From an uncultured delta proteobacterium (lineage in GTDB: Bacteria; Myxococcota_A; Polyangia; Polyangiales; Polyangiaceae): a stretch of DNA of 64,000 bases. The DNA is taken from positions 96,001 to 160,000 of the forward strand of contig CAWKKR010000011.1 of the NCBI GenBank assembly GCA_963850305.1, in the 5' to 3' direction. Shown here in pieces: positions 29,797 through 40,014 of this stretch. Made by a program: the position numbers and the translations under genes. The notes beneath the pieces are model-generated. The model was not told where the DNA came from. It was given only the letters and a program-made list of their open reading frames with translations, and made no database searches. Numbering within the stretch: the stretch's first letter is position 1; every line of letters begins with the position of its first letter.

Positions 29797-31038
29797 CTAG
29801 AAGTAGTAGTGGAACTGGGACAGGAAAGTGGCCGGCTCGTCCTGGTGCAGGATGAGATCGAGACGCGCGTCGAAGTGCGTGAAGAAGTACCAGGCCGCCG
29901 TGAACCAGACGCCGAGCTTCGGCTCGCCGGCGCCCGGAGCGGAGGTGCTGCCGGCCGCGGTGGACTTTCCCGCATCGAGGATCTCGCCGGTCAGGATGCC
30001 GTGGAAGCCTTGCACGACCTCGTAATCGGCCTGGAGCATCCCCACGTACCCGACGTTCGTCTGGTTCGAGAGCAATACGTCCGCTTCGGCCAGTATCGCG
30101 AGGGGCTCCACGGGCGCGAAGCGGCCCGTGAGACCATGGGCTTGCCGCGTGTAAGGGACGTCATTCGCCAGGAAGCGATCGTCGGCCGCGTGCGTCACGA
30201 GACTGCTCACGCCGACCGCCGTGTGCGGGTCGATCACGTATTCGCCATAAGCAGCGTAGCCGCGCTCCCGGAACCTGTCGGGACTGATCTGATAGTTGCC
30301 GAGCACGGCCATGAGCTCGGCCCGAAACTGTCCACTGCTGTAGTCGATGGCGGCGCCGTCCTGCTGCTCGCTCTCCCGATCCGTGCGCGTGGCCGCGCGA
30401 ACCCACATCGTGTGCTCGGCCATGCGGATGCCGAAGGGGAGATTGAGGCGCCCGGCGCGAATCAGCACGGCGTCGGACACGTCATAGCCGACCCAGTGCG
30501 TCCGCGAGATCAGGTTCAAGTCCCCGTCCGCGTTGTTCTCCGTGATCTGTGCCGCGCGCGACTCGATCCGTCCCTTGGTCGCATCCCCCACCCCGAGACT
30601 ACCCGACACGCGGAGTCGCTTGAAAAAGCGGAGCTGTCCGTAGACGTCCATCTGCATGGGGAACGAATCGAACTTCCCAGCGGCACCGTCCTTCGGGAAT
30701 TGATAATCCGCGTCCATGACGCGAACGCTGCCGCCGAGGTTCAGCCACGCGGGCTCTTCCAGGCCGAAGAAGAGCATCGCGTTCCGCGTCGGATCCGTGC
30801 TGCCGTCGTAGCGAGACGAGAGGGTCGTGTCGCTGATGACGCGGCCGAAGCCGGTCAGCGTCTCGCCGCCCATCGGATCCGTGTGGCACGAGGCGCATTT
30901 GGCGAACCCGTGACGGATCATCCAGGGATACGCCTCGGACGTCGACGACAGCGACAGCACGACGAGCGCCGCTCCGACGAGAACCCAGGCTCGCATCAGA
31001 CGACCGATCGGATCGCCGATGAAGCGGCGGCGGGACAT
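29797..31038 (-). CDS. Cytochrome c-porin fusion (Cyc2-like architecture)
   Basis: Signal peptide, then YPWMIRHGFAKCASCH...LTGFGR, then a long amphipathic beta-strand region ending in FHYYF. Confidence 0.65.
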   Translation of the reverse strand: MSRRRFIGDPIGRLMRAWVLVGAALVVLSLSSTSEAYPWMIRHGFAKCASCHTDPMGGETLTGFGRVISDTTLSSRYDGSTDPTRNAMLFFGLEEPAWLNLGGSVRVMDADYQFPKDGAAGKFDSFPMQMDVYGQLRFFKRLRVSGSLGVGDATKGRIESRAAQITENNADGDLNLISRTHWVGYDVSDAVLIRAGRLNLPFGIRMAEHTMWVRAATRTDRESEQQDGAAIDYSSGQFRAELMAVLGNYQISPDRFRERGYAAYGEYVIDPHTAVGVSSLVTHAADDRFLANDVPYTRQAHGLTGRFAPVEPLAILAEADVLLSNQTNVGYVGMLQADYEVVQGFHGILTGEILDAGKSTAAGSTSAPGAGEPKLGVWFTAAWYFFTHFDARLDLILHQDEPATFLSQFHYYF

Positions 31039-31101
31039 GGCCGCTACATTTGCCCCGACACCGGGACCTTCGTCAACGACCGTGGCAGACGCGCCAGCGA
31101 T

Positions 31102-31728
31102 TTACGGCCGGTCCGGGACGTAACGCACGGCGCGACGCAACGCGCCGGTGAGCGGCCATTCGTACCGAACGTCGGCGTCGATGCAGAGTCCGTTCGCCTC
31201 CGGCGGCTCCTCGCGCGCGAGGAGCACCCAGACGCTCGACGGGGCGATTCGTGCTCCCTCGCGTAACCAGAGCGGCGGCGGGAGCGTGGCGCGCGAGACG
31301 GCGACGTCCCAGCCGCCGTCCGCGAGCTTGTCGCTCCGTCCTCGTTCGACCGTGACGCCGGACAGGCGCAGTTTTCCAATCGTGCTCCTCAGGAACGCGA
31401 CGCGGCGAGCGCGCGGCTCGACCAGCGTCATGGTCGCCGCTCTCAGCATCATCGCGAGCACCAGACCGGGCGCACCGGCTCCACTTCCGACGTCGACGAA
31501 GCGCCCCTGGTCGGCGGAGTGTCCGGCGATGACGGCGGCATCCGCGAGCGTGAGATCGACGAGCTCTTCCGCGCTCCGGGCGGCGGTCAGATCAGTCTTT
31601 TGGTTCCAGATCGCGACCTCGTCCAGGTAGAGGACCACCGAGTCCACGAGCTCGGAGGAGACGCGTGTAGGTCCAAGGGCGCGCACCACCAGCGGCCGAA
31701 AGCCGGAGCCCGGGCGCAGGGCGACCAT
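31102..31728 (-). CDS. rsmG: 16S rRNA (guanine-N7)-methyltransferase RsmG/GidB
   Basis: WNQKTDLTA, DVGSGAGAPG, LVEPRARRVAFL and VSRA motifs. Confidence 0.85.
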   Translation of the reverse strand: MVALRPGSGFRPLVVRALGPTRVSSELVDSVVLYLDEVAIWNQKTDLTAARSAEELVDLTLADAAVIAGHSADQGRFVDVGSGAGAPGLVLAMMLRAATMTLVEPRARRVAFLRSTIGKLRLSGVTVERGRSDKLADGGWDVAVSRATLPPPLWLREGARIAPSSVWVLLAREEPPEANGLCIDADVRYEWPLTGALRRAVRYVPDRP

Positions 31729-31777
31729 CCGTGAACCTTCTACCGCGGGCGCCCGGAGCGCGGTAGTACCGGGTTCG

Positions 31778-32842
31778 ATGTCCGCGAACGGCGAGCTACC
31801 CCTCGAGCGCCTGGACGCGCTCGTCCGGCGCGTTCGCGGCGACGCGACTCCGCTCGCGTTCGAGGAAATGCCGGGCGGCGCTTCGACGCGACGGTTCTTC
31901 CGCGTGCAGCTCGGGAGCGGACGAACCGGCGTCGCCATGTACGTGCCCGAAGCCGGGAAGCCCGACGAGATCGCCAAGGTGAACGAGTCCGGCAGAAGGT
32001 GGCCCTTCCTCGAAGTGCGCGATCTGCTCGAAGCGCGCGGCGTGCGCGTCCCGGTCGTGGTCGCAGACGGTTCTGCAGACGGCTTCCTCGTCGTCGAAGA
32101 TCTCGGCGACGACACACTCGCGCGCTACCTCGAGCGAACACCGGCTCGCCGCGAAGCGCTCTATCGCATGGCCGTCGCGGACCTCGCACGCGCTCAGCGC
32201 AGCCTCACCACCCTCCCCCGCGGTTCGATCGTGACCGAGCGCGCCTTCGACTACGACCTGCTGCGCTGGGAGGTCGATCATTTCCGGGAATGGGCTCTCG
32301 AAGCACGGGGCATCACCCTGGGCCCGGATGAACGTCGCACCTTCGATCGCGCGGCAGACGCCCTGGCAAGAACCATCGCGAGTCTCCCGCGTGGGTTCGT
32401 GCATCGGGATTACCAGAGCCGGAACCTGATGGTCGTCCGGGATGGCGACGGCGAGAGACTGGTCTGGATCGACTTTCAGGACGCCCTTCTCGGACCGCGG
32501 GTCTACGACCTCGTGGCACTCTTGAACGACAGCTATCAGACCTTCGACGATGCCTTCGTCGCCGCGCGCCTCGACGAATTCGCGGCGCACCACGCCCTCG
32601 ACGCGCGGGGTCGCGCGGAGGTCGGCCGCGAGTTCGATCTCGTCACCGTGCAGCGCAAGCTCAAGGACGCAGGCCGTTTCGTCTTCATCGAGCACAAGAA
32701 GGGGGACCCGAGCTACCTCAGGTTCGTCGAACCGACGATCGAGAAGGCGCGCCGAGCCCTCGAGCGCTTGCCCGACGAACCCTTGCTCCGGGAGCTCTCC
32801 GATCTGCTCGGAGCGCTGATGACCCGCACGAAGATGGACTGA
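31778..32842 (+). CDS. Aminoglycoside-phosphotransferase-fold kinase (AmgK-like anomeric MurNAc/GlcNAc kinase)
   Basis: GGASTRRFFR, EDLGD, HRDYQSRNLM, IDFQDA and YDLVALLND motifs. Confidence 0.8.
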   Translation: MSANGELPLERLDALVRRVRGDATPLAFEEMPGGASTRRFFRVQLGSGRTGVAMYVPEAGKPDEIAKVNESGRRWPFLEVRDLLEARGVRVPVVVADGSADGFLVVEDLGDDTLARYLERTPARREALYRMAVADLARAQRSLTTLPRGSIVTERAFDYDLLRWEVDHFREWALEARGITLGPDERRTFDRAADALARTIASLPRGFVHRDYQSRNLMVVRDGDGERLVWIDFQDALLGPRVYDLVALLNDSYQTFDDAFVAARLDEFAAHHALDARGRAEVGREFDLVTVQRKLKDAGRFVFIEHKKGDPSYLRFVEPTIEKARRALERLPDEPLLRELSDLLGALMTRTKMD

Positions 32843-32873
32843 CCCCGGACATGGCGTGGGTCGAGCCCCAGGC

Positions 32874-34082
32874 TCACGGCGGCGGTCCGGTTTCGTCCCA
32901 GACGCCGAGCCACTCACGGTGCCAGCCGGTGTCGCAGAAGAGAAGCCAGGAGCGCCTATCGACTCCCATTTTCCGTAACCTGCGGCGAGCGACGTCGATT
33001 CCCGCGTCGAAGCTCTCGAACGCGAGGAACAAGTACAGATAGCGCGCGCCGAGCCCCGCGCCGACCACGCAACCGAAGCGGCCGGGGACGAGGGCACGGT
33101 TCAGCGCATCCTCGAGCTTGAGCCCCAAGGCGTGACGCTCTTCGACCGTCCCGTGCTGGGCGTCAATCTTGGCGTACGCGAATCGCTCACCGTGTCTGGA
33201 GAAGCGCCGCGACGAGAAGCGAGCTCCTTGAAGGAAGGACTTCAGCGCCTCGGGGAGCATGGTGCTGAGGAGGGCGATGTCCTCCTGGGTGGGGTAGTCG
33301 GACGCCACGTTCGGGTCGAGCTCGAGCATCGTCCACCCGGCGCGCTCGCAGAAAGCATGATAGGGCGCCTCGGGGAGCGATGCGTCGACGCCGCGGACGG
33401 CGGCTTCCACCGCGGGGAATACCTCGGAAAGAACGAGCGTGGCGTCGTCGGGCCTCGCGCCGTCGGCGAGGACGCGGAGCGAGCCGCCGCGCGGGAGCGG
33501 AGCGACGTCGACCGCGCCGACCCAGTCGTCGAAGAGCTCGTCGCCGAGGAGGCGCGCCGAGATCAAATTCGCAGCAACCAACCCTTCTTCATCACTCGCG
33601 CTGCCGAAGCTCGGCGAATGGACGACGAGCTCCAGCAGATGCCCGCGGGAGAACCCGAGCCGCACGCGAGCGTTCGCGAGATCCTTGCCCGTTCTGGCGC
33701 GCACGTCCTCCACGGCCGCGGCGATGTCGAGGGGCGGTCGATGACGGACGAGCGTGACCCCTTCACGACGCGGCGCGCTCGCGATGACCTGAAGTGCGAG
33801 CGGCTCCAGTCCGTCTTCCTCTGGCGCGACGACGACCCGGCGTTCCCGCGCACCGACCGCATCGACCTCCACGCGCAGGTCGGGCGAAACACGAGCCAGC
33901 GCCGCGACGAGCGCACGCTCGAACGACGCCACATCAACGACGTCGGTCCGGGCGAGCGCGGCGTGGAAGCCTTCGAGCTCTGCGCTCGCCTTCTTGCGAG
34001 CCGCCCGTTCGGTATCCGCGGGCCCGGCGAACCGAATTCGCATGAGCGAGTCACGGTACCCGTCGATCGACGCAAACGTCAA
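32874..34082 (-). CDS. Hypothetical protein
   Basis: 402-aa ORF with protein-like composition, overlapping the rlpA stop; no motif recognised. Confidence 0.65.
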   Translation of the reverse strand: MTFASIDGYRDSLMRIRFAGPADTERAARKKASAELEGFHAALARTDVVDVASFERALVAALARVSPDLRVEVDAVGARERRVVVAPEEDGLEPLALQVIASAPRREGVTLVRHRPPLDIAAAVEDVRARTGKDLANARVRLGFSRGHLLELVVHSPSFGSASDEEGLVAANLISARLLGDELFDDWVGAVDVAPLPRGGSLRVLADGARPDDATLVLSEVFPAVEAAVRGVDASLPEAPYHAFCERAGWTMLELDPNVASDYPTQEDIALLSTMLPEALKSFLQGARFSSRRFSRHGERFAYAKIDAQHGTVEERHALGLKLEDALNRALVPGRFGCVVGAGLGARYLYLFLAFESFDAGIDVARRRLRKMGVDRRSWLLFCDTGWHREWLGVWDETGPPP

Positions 34083-34597
34083 CGCGCCGACACGCGCCCT
34101 CTGCTCGATGTCGACCCGTTCTTCCGACGCTGACCGTACGCGAGCACGTCGAGGCGCACGTCCGCGATACCGGCGCGGATCATGTGCAGCGATGCGGCGG
34201 CCGCGCGCGAGAGATCGATGATACGACGCGACGATCCGTACGGGCCGCGGTCCGTGATGCGAACATACACGACGTCACCCGTCTTCGAGCGCGTGACGCG
34301 CACGACGCTTCCGAGAGCGAGGGTGCGGTGAGCGGCCGTGAACGCCGAGGGTTCGTAGCGCTCGCCGCTCGCGGTCCTGTGGCCTGCCAGCGAATCGCCG
34401 TAATAGCTGGCCTCGCCGTTCTCGACCTCGAGAGCGTCGCGCCCGCCGTATCGCGCGGCAAGCCCCGACTCGTCACGAGGAGTGCCGGGCGGCGATTCCC
34501 AGCGTCCGGCGCCATGCGGGGACGCGGCGGGCCGCGACGCGCCGCACGCGGTGACGAGCAAGAGAGCAGGGACGGGTACGAGCAGTAGCCGGGGCAC
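34079..34597 (-). CDS. rlpA: Septal ring lytic transglycosylase RlpA family lipoprotein
   Basis: Lipobox VTAC; GEASYYG, TASGE, TAAHRTL, DRGPY and IIDLS motifs. Confidence 0.9.
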   Translation of the reverse strand: MPRLLLVPVPALLLVTACGASRPAASPHGAGRWESPPGTPRDESGLAARYGGRDALEVENGEASYYGDSLAGHRTASGERYEPSAFTAAHRTLALGSVVRVTRSKTGDVVYVRITDRGPYGSSRRIIDLSRAAAASLHMIRAGIADVRLDVLAYGQRRKNGSTSSRGRVSAR

Positions 34598-34725
34598 GGG
34601 ACATCAGTGCCAAGCGCGGGGGAAACGGGGCAAGAAATGCGCGGGCCGGGACGGAATCCGCCCGGGAGCACGGAACTCGTTTCCGGAGGACGGACGTTGT
34701 TTTACGGTCGCCCGAGGAGACCGCA

Positions 34726-35553
34726 ATGCCGAAGACGATGATTCTCACCGGGTGCGCGAGCGGGATCGGAAAGCAGATGGCGCGCGCCCTCTACCACGAC
34801 GGACACCGGCTGGTGTTCACGGACGTCAACCGGGGCGGGCTGGACGCGGCTGCCGAAGAATTTGGGTGGAGAGACCCGGCGCGCGTGGAGCTCGCCGCGC
34901 TCGACGTGCGCGACGCGGAGGCGTGGGAGAAGCTCGTGCGAAGGACCGCGGAGCGATTCGGCAAGCTCGACGTGCTGATGAACATCGCTGGCTACCTGAC
35001 GCCGACCTGGGCCAAGGACGCGACGCCGCGCGACATCGATCTCACGATCGACGTGAACGTGAAGGGGGTCATGCACGGGACGAACGCGGCGATCCGCGTG
35101 ATGATTCCACAAGGCTCCGGACACGTGGTGAACATAGCGTCGATCGCGGGACTGGTGCCGGTACCCGGGCTCGCGATTTACAGCGCCTCGAAGCACGCCG
35201 CGCGCGCCTACTCGATCGCGGTCGCGCAGGAAGTGCGCCCGCACGGCGTGTTCGTGACGGCGGTGTGTCCGACCGTCGTCGCGACACCCATGATGAACAT
35301 CCAGATCGATCGTGAAGAAGCCGCGTATACGTTCTCGGGCGGACGCCCGCTCACGGCCGAAGAAGTCGTGAATGCGGTGCTCGAGCGCGCGCTCGTGAAG
35401 AAGCCGCTCGAGCTCGTCCTGCCGGCACCGCGAACGGGGCAAGGGGTGGCGGCCAAGTTCGCGAATGCGTTTCCGGAAATCGGCATGCGGGTCGGCGCGC
35501 GCGTCGCGAAGCGCGGGCGCGCGGGCCAGAATAAGCTCAAGAAGGACCGATGA
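34726..35553 (+). CDS. Short-chain dehydrogenase/reductase
   Basis: TGCASGIG, NIAG and YSASK motifs. Confidence 0.9.
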   Translation: MPKTMILTGCASGIGKQMARALYHDGHRLVFTDVNRGGLDAAAEEFGWRDPARVELAALDVRDAEAWEKLVRRTAERFGKLDVLMNIAGYLTPTWAKDATPRDIDLTIDVNVKGVMHGTNAAIRVMIPQGSGHVVNIASIAGLVPVPGLAIYSASKHAARAYSIAVAQEVRPHGVFVTAVCPTVVATPMMNIQIDREEAAYTFSGGRPLTAEEVVNAVLERALVKKPLELVLPAPRTGQGVAAKFANAFPEIGMRVGARVAKRGRAGQNKLKKDR

Positions 35554-37567
35554 GCATCGAAGAAGAGACGGCCATCCGTCTCGTGCCGTCGGGCGTATCG
35601 CTCGGCGGCAGAGTCGTGCCATTTCACTCGGGAAGCGTTCACTATTTCGCGCTCTCGCGGAACGCGTGGAGGCCCGCCCTGGAATCCGTGAAGGCGCTCG
35701 GCGCCCGCTTCGTCGACACGGTGGTTCCGTGGGGTGTCCACGAAACGGCAAAGGGGGCCTTCGACTTCGGGGAGCGCGAGCCGCGCCGGGACGTCGCTCG
35801 TTTCCTGAAGCTCGCGAGCGAGCTCGAGCTCTTCGTGGTGATCCGTCCCGGACCCTGTGTCGACGCGGGGCTCGAGTTCGGCGGCATCCCGGAGCGCGTC
35901 GCGTGGGACGACGCTTGCCAGGCGCGCTCCGGGAGCGGCGCGCCGGTCCTGATACCGAAGCTGCCACGCGCTGAACCCGTTCCGAGTCCCGCAAGTCGAA
36001 CGTTCCACGACGAAGCGACGGTCTGGCTCCGCGCAGTCGCCCAGCGCCTCGGGTCACTCGTGTGGCCCCGGGGACCGATCGCGCTGCTCGGCCTGGACGC
36101 GCACGCGGACGGTTTCGCGATGGGCCCCTACGACCGGGATTATCACCCGGACGCGATCGAATCGATACCGGCGGTTTCTCCTCCGGCGCTACGAGACGGT
36201 CGGCGCGCTCCGGCGAAGTCACCGCGACGAGAGCGCGACGTTCGAAGCGGTCGAGCCGCCACGGCTCCTCGATACATCGGACCCTGATTCACTCGCGCCG
36301 CACCTCGACTGGAGCGAGTTTCACGAGGCGCTCGACGAGAGTGTGCTCTACCGACGACTCCGCACCTTGCGCGAGGGCGGATTCGCGCACCTCCCCGTTC
36401 TCAGCGGCCTCGCGGCGAACCTGGGCACGCGGCTGAACGACCCTTGCCGGCTCGAGCGGGTCGGGACGAGCTCGTGGCTCGAGATTCACTCTCCGAAGTC
36501 GAAGACCGAGCAGGCTCGGGTGAATCGACGGGTCACCGAGCTCTCGACGCGAGCCGAGGCGCGCGGCGTCGTGCCGATCGCCACGGTGGGCGCTGGATTC
36601 GCGGCGTTCTCGCGCTCGAGCTCCGAGGCCGACGACGAAAGGTCCGTCCTGACGGCGCTCGCGCACGGAGTCCGCGGCGTGAACGTCCGGATGGCGGTGG
36701 CGCGCGACGGGTGGGTCGGCGGCCCGGTGGATGCACACGGTCGGGCGCGGCGCTCCGCCACGTTTCTCACGCGCCTCTTCGCGGCGCTCGAACGCACACG
36801 CTTCGCCGAACTGCGACGATTCATCGCCGTGCGCATCATCGTGCCGGGAAACGTGGAGCGTCTGATGGCTCTGACGCGCGTCTTCGCGCCCATCGACAGC
36901 GTGCAGCTGGCGGATCGAGCCGGAGCCGGCTTCGACGCCGCACTCGAGGGCGAGCTCGATCCGACGAACGGCGCATTGCGCGAAACGGCAGAGTTCGTCA
37001 CCCGGCTCGCCGAGATCCTCGACGGGGCGGGTGTCGCGTATGCCGTCACCGGGACGGAATCTGGCCGCGCGCGCGGTGGAGAGCGCGAGCTGGACGGTCA
37101 TTGCTTGCGCCGGCGCGCTCGAGCCGCGCCTCGTCGCATCGCTCGGTGAACGGATGCTCGCCGGCGGTCGCATCAGCTTCGGACCGCGGGTGCCCGAGCG
37201 CGACGACCACTTCCGCGCCCCGGGCGTCCGATTGCCGTCGGTCGAACGGCCAGCAGTGCCGATTTGCTTACCCGCAGCGGGCGACGAGCTGGTGAGCACG
37301 GTCGAGGATGTCTTACGCACGCTCGACGCACCTCGACTCGTCGTGGAACCCTCGACCCTTCGAGCGTCGCTCCACGTCGCGGCGAACGGTCGCCCCGCGG
37401 CCCTGTTCGTGTGGAATTTCACCGATGAGCACGTTACGGGGCGGGTGCGTGTCTCCGGCGTGGCGTCCGCCGCTTGCGCGCTCACGAACGAGGCTTTTTC
37501 GGTCGCAAACGGCGCCATCCATGTGCCCCTCGACGCGGGGGAGATCAGGTTCCTTCTGCTCGAGTGA
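35550..37567 (+). CDS. GH35 beta-galactosidase-like protein, degenerate active site; two apparent +1 frameshifts (near 36159 and 37058)
   Basis: SGSVHYF, VPWGVHE, GAFDF, IRPGP and GGIP in 35550-36287. It continues in the frames of ORFs 36343-37149 and 37031-37567. Confidence 0.7.
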
Positions 37568-37595
37568 CGCAACTAGTGCTAGGAGTGCGCCGTCC

Positions 37596-38201
37596 ATGCT
37601 GCTGGAAATCAACGCGACGACGCCGGAACCGCGGAAGATCCGGAAAGCGGTCGATGTACTGCAAGCCGGTCAGGTGATCGCATACCCGACCGACACGGTC
37701 TACGGTCTGGGCTGCGATCTGTTCGACAAGAAGGCCGTGGACAGGCTGTACCAGATCAAGGGGATGCCGCGGTCACACCAGCTGTCGTTCGTGTGCCGCG
37801 ATCTCGCCGAAGTGACGACCTATGCGGTCGTGCACGACCGCGAGTACCGGATCTTGAAACAATACCTGCCGGGTCCGTATTGCTTCATCCTCCATTCGAC
37901 GCGCGAGGTGCCCCGCGTGGTGCAGACGCCCCGGAAGCACGTCGGCATCCGGATCCCCCAGCACGCGGTAGCCCACGCGCTGGTCGCGGAGCTGGGCCAC
38001 CCCATCATCTCGAGCACCGCTGCCCGACCCGGCGCCGAACCCCACGTGGACCCCAACGAGATCGACGTCGACTTCGCGGGCCTCGCGCTCATCCTCGACG
38101 GCGGCCCCGGTGGGCTCCTTCCGACGACCGTCGTGGATTTGACGGGCGAAGAGCCCGTGATAATCCGCGAAGGTGCCGGCGACGCCTCCGACTTCCGCTA
38201 G
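37596..38201 (+). CDS. Sua5/YrdC/YciO family protein (threonylcarbamoyl-AMP synthase family)
   Basis: YPTDTVYGLGC, LPGPY, VGIRIP and PTTVVD motifs. Confidence 0.9.
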   Translation: MLLEINATTPEPRKIRKAVDVLQAGQVIAYPTDTVYGLGCDLFDKKAVDRLYQIKGMPRSHQLSFVCRDLAEVTTYAVVHDREYRILKQYLPGPYCFILHSTREVPRVVQTPRKHVGIRIPQHAVAHALVAELGHPIISSTAARPGAEPHVDPNEIDVDFAGLALILDGGPGGLLPTTVVDLTGEEPVIIREGAGDASDFR

Positions 38202-38460
38202 CGGCACGGCTTGCTTCGAGCGCGGGGGCATCTGCGCGCTCTCGGTGCTCGCCGTACGTTCGTACGGCTGCGCGCCTCACCCGCAAAGACTCAGTCCTTC
38301 TGACTCTCGACGTCGCGGCAGGGAGCTGCATCCGAGGGCACGCGCGACGCGACCTCGCGGGATGGACTCTCGTGCCGTGTCACGGCGACGTGGTGTCGAG
38401 CGGCGCGGCCGACGCGTTGCGAGGAGCCGCCGCGACGCTCTAGCGTGCGCTCTCGACCTC

Positions 38461-39237
38461 TCAGGTTTTCGGGGAGACCAGGTGCGCGTAGCGGCCGACG
38501 ACGCGATAGCCGAGGCGGCGATATACGGGTTCGCCTGCCTGGGTCGCCTGCAGGGTCACGACGGTCGCGCCTTGCTCGAACGCGGCGTTCGTCACGTAGC
38601 GCGTGACGGCAGTCGCTGCCCCGCGCCGGCGCGCGGCGGGCACGGTGCCCACCCAATAAACGCCACCCACACCGGTCACGCCGTTGGTGATCGCGAGCGC
38701 AGCAGCGGCCGGCGCGCCGCCGAGGTGCGCGACGGCAAGGACGGCGCTGGCGATGACCCTGTCGGCTCGGGCGAAATACGACGACGTGATCGCCGCGGGC
38801 AAGCCCGCCTCTGCGTAAGCGAGCTGCGAAACGAGGACGAACTCCTCGAGCTCGCGCGCGAGCGTGACGCGCGTGACGTCGATGTTCGAGGACGACTCCG
38901 GGATGGGTTCGTCGATCACCATTGCCGGTGTTTCGCCTATGGCGACGAAGCCGCGCGCCACCGCCACCTTTCCGAGCTCGTCGGTTCCGCCGCGTGTCCA
39001 CAGGACGTAGCGTCGATCGGGGAAGAATCCGCTCGCCGCGGCGAGCACGCGCTCCGCGTCCGGCTCGGGCACCGTCGGAAAGACGGCATTGGAGTACGGC
39101 ATCGGAAAGCGACTCTTCCCTTCGACGAACAGGGTGCCGTTCTCCTCGACGACCCGCGACGAGTCCTGCCACTCCGCCATCACCGACAGCGCGTCCACGA
39201 GCGAACCGTCGGAAGCCTCGATGTCATCGGTGGGCAT
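38461..39237 (-). CDS. GNAT family N-acetyltransferase
   Basis: VGTVPAARRRGAA acetyl-CoA motif and VYRRLGY. Confidence 0.85.
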   Translation of the reverse strand: MPTDDIEASDGSLVDALSVMAEWQDSSRVVEENGTLFVEGKSRFPMPYSNAVFPTVPEPDAERVLAAASGFFPDRRYVLWTRGGTDELGKVAVARGFVAIGETPAMVIDEPIPESSSNIDVTRVTLARELEEFVLVSQLAYAEAGLPAAITSSYFARADRVIASAVLAVAHLGGAPAAAALAITNGVTGVGGVYWVGTVPAARRRGAATAVTRYVTNAAFEQGATVVTLQATQAGEPVYRRLGYRVVGRYAHLVSPKT

Positions 39238-39307
39238 GGGGCGATCCTACTCCGGGAGATAGGTGAGTCTTCGAACATCCGGCGGCAACGAACCGGAAGG
39301 GCGGTAT

Positions 39308-39997
39308 ATGCTCGAAGCCGAGATGGACGCCTACAAGCAAGAATTCATCGAGTTCATGGTGCGCTCGAACGTCCTCACGTTCGGCGATTTCGTCGCGAAG
39401 AGCGGGCGTAAGACGCCGTACTTCGTCAACACGGGGCGGTACCGTTCGGGCGCGCAGCTCGGGTTCCTGGCACGCGCGTACGCGAACGCAATCGAACGGA
39501 ACCTCGGTGCAAACTTCGACGTGCTCTTCGGGCCGGCTTACAAGGGCATTCCCCTCGTCGCGGCGACCTCGATGGAGTTTGCGGCGCGCGGGCGCGAGGT
39601 GGGTTTTTGCTTCAACCGGAAGGAAGCGAAGGACCACGGCGAAGGCGGGAGTCTCATCGGCTGGGACCTGAAGAAGGGCGACCGCGTCCTCATAGTGGAA
39701 GACGTGACGACCGCCGGAACGTCAATCCGCGAGACCGTGCCGCTCCTCCGCGGCGCGGCGGACGTTTCGCTCGCGGGTCTCGTCGTGGCCGTGGATCGAC
39801 AGGAGCGCGGTACGGGCGCTCTGAGCGCGCTCGCGGAGGTCAGCGAGACGTACGGCATGAAGACTTTTTCGATCGTGTCGATCGAAGAGATCGTCGCTCA
39901 TCTGACGGCGAACGATGTCGACGGCAAGCGAGTCATCACCGACGCGCTCCACGAGCGCATCGTCGCGTACCGCAAGGAATACGGCGCGCAGCTCTAG
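39308..39997 (+). CDS. pyrE: Orotate phosphoribosyltransferase
   Basis: FGDFVAKSGRKTPYF, FGPAYKGIP, NRKEAKDHGEGG and VEDVTTAGTS motifs. Confidence 0.95.
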   Translation: MLEAEMDAYKQEFIEFMVRSNVLTFGDFVAKSGRKTPYFVNTGRYRSGAQLGFLARAYANAIERNLGANFDVLFGPAYKGIPLVAATSMEFAARGREVGFCFNRKEAKDHGEGGSLIGWDLKKGDRVLIVEDVTTAGTSIRETVPLLRGAADVSLAGLVVAVDRQERGTGALSALAEVSETYGMKTFSIVSIEEIVAHLTANDVDGKRVITDALHERIVAYRKEYGAQL

Positions 39998-40014
39998 TTG
40001 CTCGGCGTGCGACG

